Of a DNA stretch of 64,000 bases, positions 63,901 to 64,000 are shown piece by piece. Positions within the stretch are counted from its first letter, which is position 1, and every line of letters starts with the position of its first letter. The notes under the pieces are model-generated. The model was given only the letters and a program-made list of their open reading frames with translations. It was not told the DNA's origin and ran no database searches. The stretch comes from Callorhinchus milii (lineage: Eukaryota): NCBI RefSeq assembly GCF_018977255.1, contig NW_024704743.1, positions 70,000,001 to 70,064,000 of the forward strand, in the 5' to 3' direction. The position numbers and the translations under genes were made by a program.

Positions 63901-64000
63901 AAATATTTACATAAGTAAATATTTACTTACTTAGTTCAGCTTGCAAACACACTGTGTTTCATAACTGAACAACTGTTTAGCCTTCATACTCAGGCTTGAA

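Noticed and set aside
52887..64000. Further upstream TBC1D5 exons (TBC domain)
   Set aside because: No matching exon was found, so the region is treated as part of one long intron.

Overview
Vertebrate genomic DNA, very probably a cartilaginous fish (inferred from the repeat complement: CR1 and L2 LINEs, Deu-type SINEs, Penelope fragments). The only recognisable host gene is the 3' half of TBC1D5 (Rab7 GAP, retromer/ATG8 binder) on the minus strand. It has eight phase-consistent coding exons between 52886 and 24990, including a 66-nt cassette exon, a polyQ tract and the C-terminal FTIV LIR motif, then a ~1.8 kb repeat-poor 3' UTR. Upstream exons lie beyond the right edge. The rest is intron or intergenic DNA filled with decayed retroelements, and almost all listed ORFs are TE remnants or chance. 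I found no novel protein-coding system. The most notable non-coding observations are: (1) a SINE that appears to be a tRNA + CORE + Deu-3' + L2-tail chimera with two subfamilies; (2) a hairpin-associated inverted templated insertion at 12.6-12.75 kb; (3) decayed minimal hammerhead ribozyme motifs in Penelope termini; (4) an unassigned ~600 bp dispersed repeat; and (5) several nested insertions. Exon boundaries were worked out base by base. Repeat boundaries are approximate, and family names come from remembered consensus sequences, not from searches.
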